Shown here in pieces: positions 38,766 to 50,962 of a DNA stretch of 64,000 nt. This DNA is from Camelus ferus (lineage: Eukaryota). The DNA lies in the NCBI RefSeq assembly GCF_009834535.1, contig NC_045696.1, positions 35,466,001 through 35,530,000 on the forward strand. Direction: 5' to 3'. Position 1 is the stretch's first letter, and every line of letters starts with the position of its first letter. The notes beneath the pieces were generated by a model. The model did no database searches, was not told the DNA's origin, and was given only the letters and a program-made list of their open reading frames with translations. A program made the translations under genes and the position numbers.

Positions 38766-41700
38766 GGATTATAAAGATAAATGTATTAAGCAATCAAGGA
38801 TAATTCACAATAATATCCAATACCATTTTTATTTTAATAAAAACTTGAAGTTTTGTTAGTTTGTCTTGCATAGAATAAGTTAATCCATTGGCATATCTTG
38901 CTTTTACTCTATAATACTGTCGTATGTGGATGTAAAACTGAAATAGATGAACATTATAGCCATATATTCAATGTAAAAGAAAAATATATGGAGCATTTTA
39001 TTATTCCAAGTATCTCAGGATATTCCTATTTAAATGTATTATATACATTTATTATTAATCACATTATTTTGTTTTGTCTTTTTAAATGGAGCATATATGA
39101 ATAAAAATAATTGTGGTACATACAACCTAAGAGAAAGAAAATCATGAATTATACTTTGAGTTTTAGTTTCTATAGTTCTTCTATTCAGGAATAGTAAATT
39201 ATAAAGCAAAAATGTCATCATTACAGGAACATTTCTTTTAAAAAGAAATATGAAATATATTTGCAGAGTAAATATGATTCTATATATTTCTCATACTGCA
39301 AACCATTTCCAAATTTCCACATATGCTTGCCAAGAACAATGATAGTTAATGTTTCATTGAATTCTTTGAGAAATGTTGAATACCAAGACTGGTTTGGACC
39401 ACATTTAAGCATATATTATGCTAGACTAAATTCCAGAAGAAGAGAGAATATTTTATATTTTTGGCTATTTGTGTTAAAAAAAGAAAATCCTCAAGTAGAA
39501 TACAGATGCAAAATACATTTGGTTAAAAAAAACTTATATCCCATTTGCCAGTTGCTATTTCAGTGTGTTTTTTATTCCTAGATATTTTTTCAAAGTCCTT
39601 AAGAATTAGAAAACATTGAACTTTTTGTCCATTCATATTTTTTAAATATTGTTCAAGTTTGTCATGCTCTTACCTTAGTAGATGTCAACAGAAGGTACAA
39701 AATGGTTTTCAGGGAATTCATTGTTCATCTTTAAGACTTCATATATATATATATTTGTGAACATATATGTTTAATGTGATGTATATGTCGTGTATTTCAT
39801 TTAAGGTAATAGTATAAAGGATGAAAATAATTCAGGGAAAACATTGATAGAACTTAGTTCTTCTAGCTGATTTTCTTTAAACTTACTTTACTTCCCCCTG
39901 CCCCCAGTTTAGTGATTCCCCATTGCCAGATGCCATTTAGCTATTCCAAGCAATAGAAAAAGATTTATGCATTGGCAAGTGGAGAGGTGAAACACTGGTT
40001 AAAAGAGTTCTGCAAATGATACTTCTGATCCCAGCAGGAGTTATAAGTTTACATTTTAAAAAGCAAAGTTTTTTCTGTTAATAACTATAAATTATATGCT
40101 TTAGTGTATTATCCCTTTTTTCTTTTTCCCAATGATAAAATCCCTCAAGTACATGAGTGAGACAGATACAGTACACTTATATTTTAGGAAGTCTTGAGGT
40201 TTTCTTTGAAAAGAATGGATTTACTAGATTGAAAGATGCATGTAATTCACACCAACACCATGCCCTCCTCCCATCTCAAAGTTACATTTTCTTTTAAAGT
40301 AAAAGAATGAAAGTTCTCAAAAAACGTGCCCGGCTTAGGACAGCCTTTAATCATTAGTGCACTCCTGTTCCTTTAGCCTCTGTGAAGACATGCAGTATAG
40401 CTTGAGCTTTAGACTACATATTTATATTTGTTAGAAAGCTGTACTTACAAGGGAGTCAAGATCAATTGTCAATTTCTTATGAAAATGTAAACTTTAAGAT
40501 ATTCTTTTAAGTAAATAGGGAGCAATTTAGGGAGATGTGTCTATAAATTTTCCTAAATAATAACTTTGTTTCATGTTGGCTTAGAAACTGAATTTAGTTA
40601 ATTAATAGGGAAATTTATAGGTAAAGATAAACTCAAAATTAAGAAAATCTATTTGAAATTATGGTTTGTGGTTAGTTTATTTGGAAAAGAGAAAAATAGA
40701 GTTAGCTTTTTCTTTTTCAAATAGTAGCAAAATCACATGATATGTTGGCTCATTGTCTTGCACTGTGGAGTTGAACTAGCTGCTTTCTTTCCATTTTTTA
40801 AACATACTATATATTTTAGGTGAAGAAATCACAGAAAAGGAAGGAACATTGAACCTTCTTAATTAGAGCCTTCATAAATAAAAACAGATACAGCCATTTG
40901 CTCTGACCATTGAACCTCACAATTTGATAAAAATAATACTAGAAAATGATGAACAATATTTTCACTTTTCTTTTAGCCTTTTGAATTTGTGTTTCTCCAC
41001 ACTAAAATAATCTCTTTAATTCACATTTAGACCTCATACTTAATGTCAAAGTAAAATTCTATAAGCTCTTATTAAAATGTTTTAGAAACATACCTTGGAA
41101 TTTGCTTCGCTTAGTTAAAAAATTAGTGTCAGCCGATAATGATACATGCCTGTCATCACTCTCCTCTGTACTGATCAAATAGAAAATAATTTTTATATAT
41201 TTAGTTTTGTGATTAGTATTATTTCCTTCTGTGATGTTATATTTACTGTAAATATAGGAGAGGCTATATAATGAATGTATCTACTTATAATTATATGTCT
41301 AGTAAATCCGGAAATTATTGCTAAAATAGTTTAAAAGTTCCTGTCCATACAGCACTAACTCTATGTAAGTACAGTAAAACTTTTTGAAGTAACACCATAT
41401 TGACAGCATTTAATATACTTAGGCCATCTTTCAAAGTGTGACTACCCCTTTTATAAATATCTCTTAATTACTCATGGTCAGAAAACTGGAGGCTTCAATC
41501 TCACTAAATCTGAACTAAAATAAAGGTTATCCTATAGGGAAAGCATGTCTTTAAACATCATTCAGTTACTTGAATTGGACTGGACTGGACTGTCCTCTTG
41601 CCTGAGCAATATGGCATAGGGTGGAAGGAGGAATATTAGGAAAGGGGAGAGTCTTCCCTATTTTGTATTTACAATTTATATTTACAAGACATTTTTACAC

Positions 41701-42198
41701 AGTAATCTACTTAAACCAGGTCTTCAAACCCAAGAGAATTGTTTAGTAGTTTAAATACATACTAGAGAAACATAATTGTGAGCTTGCCTTGTAGTCTTCT
41801 CTTATAACACTAGGTTAGTAGGGAAAAAAAACTGCTTTCTGAAGGTAGAGATTCAAACAATTAACTTTTAAAAGAAGGTCCAGATCATAAGAATAACAAA
41901 GAACTCCCTTTATAGCATATGTTTATTTAATGGAACTTATATGAAATATGCAGACGTTAAGAAATTCTTATATATACCATATGCTTTTAAAATTAATTCT
42001 GGATATACTTTAGATTAAGACAGGTCTATGGTAACATGTTATCACCAATATGACTACATATTTTATTATCAGCAATAGATTTTTTTTTTAACATTTGACA
42101 TTGTGATATTCTTATTTCAACTAGAGTCTCCTGTACTAGGGTCACAAGAGTGAGATGTTTGCCCTTCATGGTTCTGTTTATGGGGACTTCCCCTAAAT

Positions 42199-42389
42199 TA
42201 GGACTTTCAAACTATGGCTAGCAGGCCAAATCCTGCCTGCCACCTGTTTTTTGTAAATACAGTTTTATTGAAACTCAAACCTAGTAACTTATCTACATAT
42301 TTTCCATGGCTGCTTTTGTACTCTACTGTGGCCTGTAAAGCCTGAGATATTTACTATCTGCCCCTCTCCAGAAAGTTCGTCTACTTTTA
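42199..42389 (+). mobile_element. MER58A (hAT-Charlie) with a small internal deletion
   Basis: caaactatggctagcaggccaaatcctgcctgccacctgttttttgtaaatacagttttattgaaac...aaagcctgagatatttactatctg; TSD CCCTAAAT/CCTTAAAT. Confidence 0.9.
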
Positions 42390-43147
42390 CCTTAAATAGA
42401 ACCATGATCTAGTCCTCAAAGTATCCTCCTAGACATGTTCAATGAGGGCTAAAGGAGCTTCTCGTCAATGCATGGCTTTCAAGCCCAAAGTCTTGCTGAA
42501 CACCCAGACATAAAGCTAATACAATAATAAATGTTGAGCAAGGACTTTGCTGTTCTTTCATTTTTGTCTTTCTTTTACATAAAAATTCAACAGTGAAATA
42601 GTGGGAATGTCCAGGGCAAATCAATTTATATCCTATAGTAACAAATCTGAAAATATCAAAAGACCCACATGAAACAAAAACCAAACTTTATCCTTGTCTA
42701 ATACACAGTCACATCCTTTAGAGGAAAAATGAGAATGCTGTTCACAGATGATGCGTCACAATCTCATGATGCTGTTCATACTGGCATGGGTTATAAATAT
42801 TAAAAGATGAATTCACTGTTTTAAGTGTGCAAGTTTGTATATACATGTTGCTTAAGACAGTACAACTGGATGTTTCAAAGTCTAAATTATTTCACCATAT
42901 TTGAACAACTTCAAATGGCTTGAAAAACAAATAAGCATACACAACCCTGATCTTTTGACATTCCCCGTCCTACTCCACTCAAAACTTGCCCCATTTAGCA
43001 CCACTCCATCCCAGTACATGGTAACTCTATCTTTCTAGCCAAAAAGCTCAAAGCACATTACCTCTTCTCTTTCTCTTAGACTCCACTTCCAATTCTGTGA
43101 AGAACTCTACCTTCAGAAAATAAGAAAAATCTAGCCTCTTCCTGCCC

Positions 43148-43655
43148 CAGATGATCCTCAACTTAAAATGGTTCAACTTAACAATTATTCTACTTTACAA
43201 TGACGTGAAAGTGACACACATTCAGTAGAAACTGTACCTTGAATTTTGAATTTTGATTTTTTCTTGGGCGAATGATAGATGGTAAGATATTCTCTCAGGA
43301 TACTGGGTTCGGGCAGTGAGCCACAACTCCCAGTCAGTCACATGATCACAAGGTCAACAACCAATACACTTGCAATGATTCTGTACCTGTACAATCATTT
43401 TTTTCACTTTTAGTACAGTATACAATAAATGACATGAGATATTCAACACTTTACTATAAAATAGGCTTCTCGTTAGCTGATTTTGCCCAAGCGTAGGCTA
43501 GTAGTAAGTGTTCTGAGCACGTTTAAGGTGGGCTAGGCTAAGCTATGATCTTCCAGAGGTTTGGTGTATTAAATGCCTTTTTGACTTGCAATATTTTCAA
43601 CTTATTACAATAGGTCGGTCAGGGTGTAACCCCATGGTAAGTCAAGGAAGATCTG
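43148..43655 (-). mobile_element. MER47/Tigger5-family TcMar-Tigger element
   Basis: TIRs cagatgatcctcaactta ... taagtcaaggaagatctg; internal gtaagtgttctgagcacgtttaaggtgggctaggctaagctatgat. Confidence 0.9.
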
Positions 43656-43797
43656 CATGTAGGACTGTGGTACCCTAGACCCCGTCACCTTTGTGTCTTG
43701 TCAAGATTGTGGTAGCTTCCTCACTCATCTCCCTGCTCCCCCTTTGATGCTTCTCCTCCCACTCCCATCTCAAAACGATGATCAGCATGATCCTTAC

Positions 43798-45040
43798 TAT
43801 TCTGTACTAAAAAGAATTAGGGATTTTGGAGAAAAAGTGGAGTCCACATCTGAGGCAGAGAAGGTTAAAGTCTATAACTGTTTTATTGTTCAAGAGCAAG
43901 AATGTGTTCAGAGCAAAGAGAACAGTGAGAGTGAGGTGGAGGACTCTCAGGCTTGATGTGGCTCTCGCTGGCCAGACTTAGAACAACTTGACTAACAAAA
44001 GAAAAAGAACAGAAAGGGACTGTCACATTAAATAATGATAAAAACAGTAAACAGCACAACAGCAATACTACTAATATCAATAGTATTAAAATCTTTGATC
44101 CATGGTGATACTCAGTGAAAGGTGGAGGGGTACGAGGGGAAGCACATCTTCACAGAATGTTAGCTAGTACATGTGTTATATTTCACCAACCAATGTAATC
44201 ATTAATACAGGTAAACATTATCAGTGGAGACTAAAGCAGTTGAGAAAAAGAATATTCACTGGACCCTAAGTATCACCCCACAGGTGACTTTTAAATTATT
44301 AATTACAAAAAGAAAGATTAGCTTTACAGAGGAGGGATCTGATGAACTCCACGGTAACCTCGTCAACAAACTTCGCAGCATCCCCGGGACAAACCGGCTT
44401 TATGTACCTGGCGACGTGATGCAGCAGGAAGGGCACACAGCACTTTCTCATGTTCTTACAGAAATGTTCAGCTGAAATTTAATCATGAGGAAATATCAGA
44501 CACATCCGTCAGTGTTGTGGGATAGTCTATAAGCAGCTAGTCTTTTCATGTCCTGAAAGACCAAGAGTTAAAAAAAAAAAAAAAAAAACAAAAACAGTAT
44601 TTGTCTAGAATAAAGGTGACAAGAGAAATGACAACCAAATGAAATGTGTGATCGTGATTGGATTCTGGATCAAAAAAAATCTTAAAGAATATTTTAAGAC
44701 AGAGAAATTTTTGTGGCCTATATATTAGATAATATAGTATCAATGTTACAACATTGGGTTGTGATACTGTTATTGTGATTATGAGGAAAAAGCCTTCCTA
44801 CTTATAAACACATGCTGAAGTATTTAGTAGTAGAGTCATTATGTGTGCAGATTACTTTCAAATGGCTCACTAAAAAGAGAAAAAGTAACAATAACAGCAC
44901 ACAAAAAATCTATACAACCTATACAGAGAAGAAGTAAATATAGAAATGTCAATATTTAGAAATATAGATAAAAGGAATACGGTTATCATTTTCAAAATGC
45001 TATAGATTTGAAATACAGATTTTGAATTATAATGGCAAAA
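43798..45040 (+). mobile_element. L1MC-type (L1MC4/5-like) 3' UTR
   Basis: tttaatcatgaggaaatatcagaca; gacaagagaaatgacaaccaaatgaaatgtgtgatcgtgattggattctggatca; acacatgctgaagtatttag. Confidence 0.8.
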
Positions 45041-45083
45041 GAAATATCTCTCTCTATATATCTCTATCTGTATCTATGTTTAT

Positions 45084-45107
45084 ATCATCATCATCATCAT
45101 CATCATC
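45084..45107. repeat. (CAT)n microsatellite
   Basis: atcatcatcatcatcatcatcatc. Confidence 0.9.
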
Positions 45108-45204
45108 GTATCTTCTTCTTCTAGCAGATCACGTCACTCATTTGCTCAGAACCTTCCAAAGGAGCCCATCTGACTCAAAGATAAAGTCAGCGTCGTTAAA
45201 ATTA

Positions 45205-45552
45205 AGGTCAGGTGTTTGTCAGAGCCTAGGGGTGAGGTGAGCGTGTAATAATAATTAGAAGGAGTTCTGGGGGATGATGGAGCAGTTCTGCCCCTGACCA
45301 TGTTAGTGTTTATACAAATCTATACATGCAATACATTTCAAACGATAATGATGAAAAGTGAATGTATGGAAAATCTCCTGGAATTTAAATAAACTCTGTA
45401 GTCTGGTGTATTGTACCCGTATCAATTCCCTGGTCTTAGTACTAGAGTTTTATAATATGTTATCATTGAGGGAAGCTGAGGGAAGGGTGTGTGGAGATGT
45501 TGTACTATTTTTGCAAATTCTGAGTCTAAATTCATTTCCAAATAAAAGTGTT
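45205..45552 (+). mobile_element. L1ME/L1MD-type 3' end
   Basis: ttctgggggatgatggagcagttctg; gttatcattgagggaagctgagggaaggg; tatttttgcaaattctgagtctaaattcatttccaaataaaag. Confidence 0.8.
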
Positions 45553-46219
45553 TTTCTTTTTTTCCTTAAGTCTCCTACAAGACCATGCATTCTGGCCCCA
45601 GTTACCTCAACAATCTCATTTACTACATTCAAGCTCATAGTCTCTGCTTCCCCTGTTGGCCACCTTGCTACTGCTTTGTAGGCACATTCTGTCCAGGATA
45701 TTTTGCTCTAGGGGTTTCCTCAGGTACTCCCTTGACTAACCTCCCAGTTTTGAATAACAATCACTTACATTGGCCTCTAATACTACTACAATGCCACCAC
45801 TCCACACACATCCTGATCCTCTTACGTTGTTCCCTTTATTTTTTTCCAGAGCCATTATCACCATCTGTCATCAGCATAATTTTCTTAGCCATTATGTTTA
45901 TTTTCTGTCTTTCTGACTAGAATAAAAGTGGCAGTGGGAAAAGGATCTTTATTTTGTTTACAGATGATACCAAGTGGCTAAAAGATGCTTCAGGCATAGT
46001 AGGCATTCTCTAAATAAGTGCCGAATTGACTTGCAAATCTTGGATTTTTAGTACTGAAAGTTTCTACTTGAATAGTGGGACATGTGCTATTTGAAGAAAA
46101 GGCTGTTCCCAACCACTTTCTATGGATCAGATTGAGTTAAAGCTCCAACCAAAAACACATTAATAATATCCTTCAGCTTGCTGCTGTGAGTACAATTTAC
46201 AGAACATAATATTACTTCT

Positions 46220-46620
46220 TTCTTTGCCTTTTGTTTTGCACACAATCAAGATCTCCCTCTGCGCTGACTTCCACAGCAGGCTGATTCAGGAACGGCTGCT
46301 GATTCCGTTTGTTTCCTGTTAGTGCAATGCGGGCTTCCACAGCAGCTCCACGGAAGTCTTTGAGGCTGACCTGCTATTGCTCAGTACATAGCAGCTGCTT
46401 AGGTGTCCTGTTGTCACGCATTGTCTGCACATTTGCTTCTGTTGAGTTATATTCCAACAGTGGCTCCGGCATTCTGGCTGAACTTGCTCTTCTTCTAATT
46501 ATGCCATTTGGTTTCCAGGAAGGTTGGCTGGCTGATGATGGATGGCACTGAAACCAGTTCTGATGTCTGTTTTCAGACTCAGTTCTCAGAAGGTTGTAAG
46601 GACATTGTTATTTGAAAATC
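46220..46620 (-). mobile_element. Ancient RTE-clade LINE remnant (L4/RTE-X or MamRTE-like)
   Basis: Minus strand 46436-46380 translates ANVQTMRDNRTPKQLLCTE, matching the RTE C-terminal motif GHVxRMxDxRxPKQLLYGEL; upstream LETKWH resembles the IL[N/G]IKWQD motif. Confidence 0.65.
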
Positions 46621-46929
46621 ACTAAAGATCGTTTGACATTTGAGAGTTTTAGAATTATTTGATTTTATTATTTTAGCATTTGTATATGATGCACTTAGAA
46701 ATGTAATTCGTTGGTTAGGCTGTCTTTAAATTTGCGGTGTTTTCCGGCAAAATACTAACCTCTGGTTTGTCCTTTGCATGTTCGGCTTCTTTTAATACTT
46801 CTGCTTTCAGTAAAAGGTCATATGCACAGAGAACTATTTCCTGCCCACCGGTTTGAGAGTACATTCTTACTTGTTCTTCTCCATGACCCCACCCTACTCA
46901 GAACTTACCATTTTATATGTATAGTTAAA

Positions 46930-47060
46930 TGGTGTGGACTATTTCTTTCACATTGACCTGAGGGCAACTTCACTTTGGTTTACACTGTAACTTGGCACCT
47001 AGGACAGAGTTTGGATATGATAGGTGATCAAAATAAATCTTTTGCAAATAAATGTATGTT
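46930..47060 (+). mobile_element. L2 3' tail
   Basis: cctgagggcaac...ggtttacactgtaacttggcacctaggacagagtttggatatgataggtgatcaaaataaatc. Confidence 0.65.
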
Positions 47061-47701
47061 TGACAAATTTAATTTCCACATGCTATTTGAGTAAGTTCAT
47101 ATACTCAGAAAATAATTATTAAAACAAAAGGTAACCACAAGTATCAGATATCAACTCAGTCATAGCTCTGGTATATTATACTCACATTGTTCTCTGAAAG
47201 TTATTTTCAGTCATTTTATATTTTAAGAGTTATTTAGAACATTGTACCACCTTTAACCTTCAAACAAGCAGATACTGACTTATAAGCACATATTTATTAT
47301 AGCCTTATCTACAATATTTACTATTATAGTATTAGATATATACTTCAAGATTACTGTATTGAACAGTATTGAACAGAAGATATAATATTAGACATAATAA
47401 TAGGCAATATAGCATTATAATTTTGTCTATGAAATAACTTCTGATATTATTTAATTTGTTTACCTTATTGAATATCTATTCCCAAAGGTAAAACATAAAA
47501 TATGCAATATTTTAAAGCTACAAATTTAGTTGTCTGCTGAAACGAACTCAACTAATATTAAAATAAGCCTGGAAGAAACTGTCATATTTCTACCTATCTA
47601 GCCTGCCTGACTAGGAAGATCAAGTTTCTCTACAGACCTCTTCATCGATATCTATACTGATACAAACCAAAATATCTCAGTGTATTTATTCTGACAAGAA
47701 G

Positions 47702-48138
47702 TTAAGTTAATTTCATAAGCATGCCATGACAAATTACTACAAATTAGGTTGCTTAAAACAACAGAAAATATTATCTCGGAGGCTGGAAGTCTCAAATCAA
47801 GGTATTAGCTGGGCCATGCTCCCTCTGAAGATTCTAGGAAAGAGTTCTTTCTTGCCTCTTCTTGGTTTCAGGTCATTGCTGGCAACCCTTGACATTCTTT
47901 GGCTTCTAGCTATATTATTCCAATTTCTGTCCCCGTCTTCACATGGCCTTCTTCCCTGTGTGTGTCTTCACATGATGACTTTATAAGGTCTCTAGTGCTT
48001 AGATTTAGGGCCCATCTTAATCCCGTCTGACCTCAATTTAACTTAATCAATTGCATCTACATCTATTTTAAAATTAGGTCACATTCTGGAGTTCCAGTAT
48101 ACATGAATTTTGGGGGGACACTGTTCAACCCAGTATTA
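47702..48138 (-). mobile_element. MLT1 (MLT1C/D-like) LTR
   Basis: gccatgacaaattactacaaattaggttgcttaaaacaacagaaa...ggaggctggaagtc...catgaattttggggggacactgttcaacccagta. Confidence 0.9.
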
Positions 48139-48620
48139 ACTGTCCTCCTGCCCCCAAAATTCATGTCCAACCTACATGCAGAATACATTTACCCTTCTCA
48201 ACATTCTCAAAATTCTTAACCCATTCTAGCATCAACTTCAAGTCCAAAGTCTCATCTCAATATTAAAGACTCAAGAAGTCTCAAATCTCATGCTCTAAGT
48301 CATGTATGGGTGAGACTCTGGACCTGATCTATCCTGGGGCAAAACATTCCTCTTCATCTATGTACTTGGGAAACTAGAAAACAAGTTATCTGCTCCCAAA
48401 TTCCAATGAGGAGACTGGCATGGGAGAAACAGTCTCATTCTCATATGAAGAACATGGAAGGAACAAAGGGATAATTTGTCCCAAGAAAGTCCAGATCCCA
48501 GGAGCATGCATTCCACTGTTAGGTTTCAGGGCCTGAGTACACTGCTCTGGGGCTTGATGCCCAGTCCTGTTAGACCCACAGATGTTCTATCAGCCCTGCT
48601 CTGTGTTCCCTTCCTCTTCA
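48139..48620 (-). mobile_element. MLT1 internal (MaLR-int) segment adjoining the LTR
   Basis: cccccaaaattcatgtcc...aagtccaaagtctcatct...tatgggtgagactctg...aaactagaaaacaagttatctgctcccaaa. Confidence 0.85.
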
Positions 48621-48750
48621 GCTCTCACATCTATCCTGCCCCTTAGTGAAATCCTGCTCATATTTCAGTCTTGGTTTAACTACTACTTAAATATTCTGAA
48701 GTAGATGAGTTCCCTTTGTTAGAGGTTTCTATGTAAATACTCATCTGCAC

Positions 48751-48815
48751 TGTGTTAGGGTTCTGCGGATGAAACAGAACCAACAGGAAATTAGAGAGAG
48801 AGAGATAGGGATATA
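48751..48815 (-). mobile_element. Truncated MLT2 LTR end
   Basis: tgtgttagggttctgcggatgaaacagaaccaacaggaaattagagagagagagata. Confidence 0.6.
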
Positions 48816-48837
48816 ACTACTCTTAATTACTCCAACA

Positions 48838-49480
48838 CTATATATATATACCACAACTTCTTTATCTAGTCATCCACTGATGGACATTTAGGTTGTTTCC
48901 ATGTCTTGGCTATTGTAAATAGTGCTGCTGTGAACATTGGGGTGCATGTATCTTTTCAAATTAGAGTTTCCTCTGGATATATGCCCAGGAGTAGGATTGC
49001 TGGATCAGAGGGTGAATCTATTTTCAGTTTTTTAAGGCATCTCCATACTGTTTTCCATGATGGCTGCATCAAACTACATTCCCAGCAACAGTGTAGGAGG
49101 GTTCCCTTTTCTCTACACCCTCTCCAGCATTTATTGTTGGTGGACTTTTCAATGATGGCCATTCTGACTGGTGTGAGATGATAGCTCACTGTAGTTTTGA
49201 TTTGCATTTCTCTGATTAATGATATTGAGTGCTTTTTCATGTGCCTATTGGCCATCTCCATGCCTTCATTGGAGAATTGTCTATTTAATAGGTCTTCTGC
49301 TAATTTTTGTTTTGGGTTGTTTGGGTTTTTATTATTGAGTTGTGTGAGCTGTTTGTATATTCTGGAAATCAGTTACATCATTTGCAAATATTTTCTCCCA
49401 TTCTATTTTTTGTTTTATTTATGGTTTCCTTTGTTGTGTAAATGCTTATAAATTTAATTAGATCCCATTTGTTTATTTTT
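48838..49480 (-). mobile_element. Younger L1 fragment (ORF2 C-terminal Cys-rich region), non-functional
   Basis: ORF 48956-49261 (-) [47 protein letters not shown]...[11 protein letters not shown] is the L1 ORF2p CCHC region. Confidence 0.95.
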
Positions 49481-49831
49481 ACTAAGAAATACTTATTGAA
49501 TTAATGAATAAAAAGCAGATTTGGAATTCTGTCTTAAAAGAAAACAACATGACTTTTCTACCTTGGGAGTTAAAAAAAAATGTCATAGACAAAATGCTTG
49601 ATTCTATTTTGAAGTCCCAAAGAGTCATTGAGAATACTGATGAAATGAAAACTGACTCAGGCTTTCAATGATTTCAATGTTAGGATTGAACTGAGAACTT
49701 TTTAAAATTGTTAAAATATTTTTTGGGAATTGATTCAAAATTAAAAATTATTTTCAGCATCTACAAAGTTATAATTGTAATCAATGAAAAATGCAACAAA
49801 ACCTTTGCTTTTAAGTAAACTTTCATCTAAG

Positions 49832-50122
49832 ACTTTATTTCCCAAAACTAGTATCATAGAGAACAGTGTTCCTTTAAAGCGAAATCAGGAAAAATGGGGA
49901 ATCCTTGGCCAGATAATTTGGGGAAGTAATATATTCAATATCCTCCTTCACACATTGACTTTCATTATGTACATTCATGAGGTAACAATTATGAGTAGTT
50001 CTACAGAAAATAAATTTTATTTTATGAAAAAAAAAATTTCCCCTTCAATGACTTTCATTTTAATCATCTTTGTAAACATTTTGATGCACCATTATCTTAT
50101 GGAATACTTTTGGGAAATGTGC
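49832..50122. mobile_element. MER103-like hAT-Charlie element
   Basis: Termini tttcccaaaactag...ggaatacttttgggaaatg; internal ggccagataatttggggaag. Confidence 0.6.
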
Positions 50123-50779
50123 AAAGTAAAATGTGACATGGTCTTTATTATTTAATTAATTTCTGTTCCCATTCAGAGGAAATTAGGGAAAAAATATTAT
50201 TTCTTTTCAAGAAGTAGCATCTAATTTCTTGATATATCCCTTTATTTGCTGAAATTATTATTTTAGGGAAAATTATAGATGAAATAACTGCTTGATTTTT
50301 GACCCAACTGCAGAGGTCAGGGAATCAGCAGTATTTTCCTCCTTTGGACATGTGGACATTATGAAACATAGTACATTCTAAGTAAAAATCAGGTCCTAAG
50401 AATGAGGACTGGTTGGGTCCTTGTGTTTCCATTTTCTTGCACCCTCTCCTCCATGTCAGATTTCCTCTGCCTTAGGCGAATGTAATACTAGAAAGAAGTG
50501 ACTATGGGAATATACGTAGGCCATTTCTGTTTCTGGTTTCTAACCTTAGAACGTTTTAGGATTTGAGATGGAAGTTGGTTTGGGAACTTGTCACTCAGGA
50601 TTTTCCAGTCTGACAAGCACTACCAGAAGATACCTAAAAATTTAAATTCCTAGGCTGGCCCTTGACTCTATCTCCTGGAGACCTTTAATCCCAATGGACT
50701 CTAAAGAAGCACACTCCTGCAAAGAAAAGTACTCCAAGATCATTTAGCAATAAGGAAACGACAACAACTGTGGACTTAT

Positions 50780-50962
50780 TTAATATTCATGAAAATCTAT
50801 GAAATAGGTAATCGGATTATTTCCATTTCACAGAGAAGGAAGCTGAGACCTAAAGTTCAAGTCACTTGTTTAAGGTCACACAGTTATTAAGTGAAGCAGA
50901 TGGGTTTTGAACCCAGGGAGATTAGCTCCTTGCAGCTACTCCTAATTACTACAACATACAGT
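50780..50962 (-). mobile_element. MIR SINE
   Basis: attattttccatttcacagagaaggaagctgagacc...aagtcacttgtttaaggtcacacagttattaagtg...tttgaacccagg. Confidence 0.88.

Larger units (their letters stand above)
42860..46035 (+). mobile_element. One L2 (L2a-like) split into four pieces (about 42860-43147, 43656-43797, 45120-45200, 45570-46035)
   Basis: Pieces follow L2 3' order: ctctaccttcagaaaat...; agcttcctcactcatctccctgctcc; agatcacgtcactcatttgctcagaaccttccaa; tail ggcatagtaggcattctctaaataagtgccgaattga. Confidence 0.75.

Noticed and set aside
43693..44475. Charged-looking short ORFs
   Set aside because: Span L2 and L1MC 3' UTR sequence; no coding support
48906..49451. Overlapping ORFs as host genes
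   Set aside because: L1 ORF2 fragment and its antisense frames; disrupted and truncated
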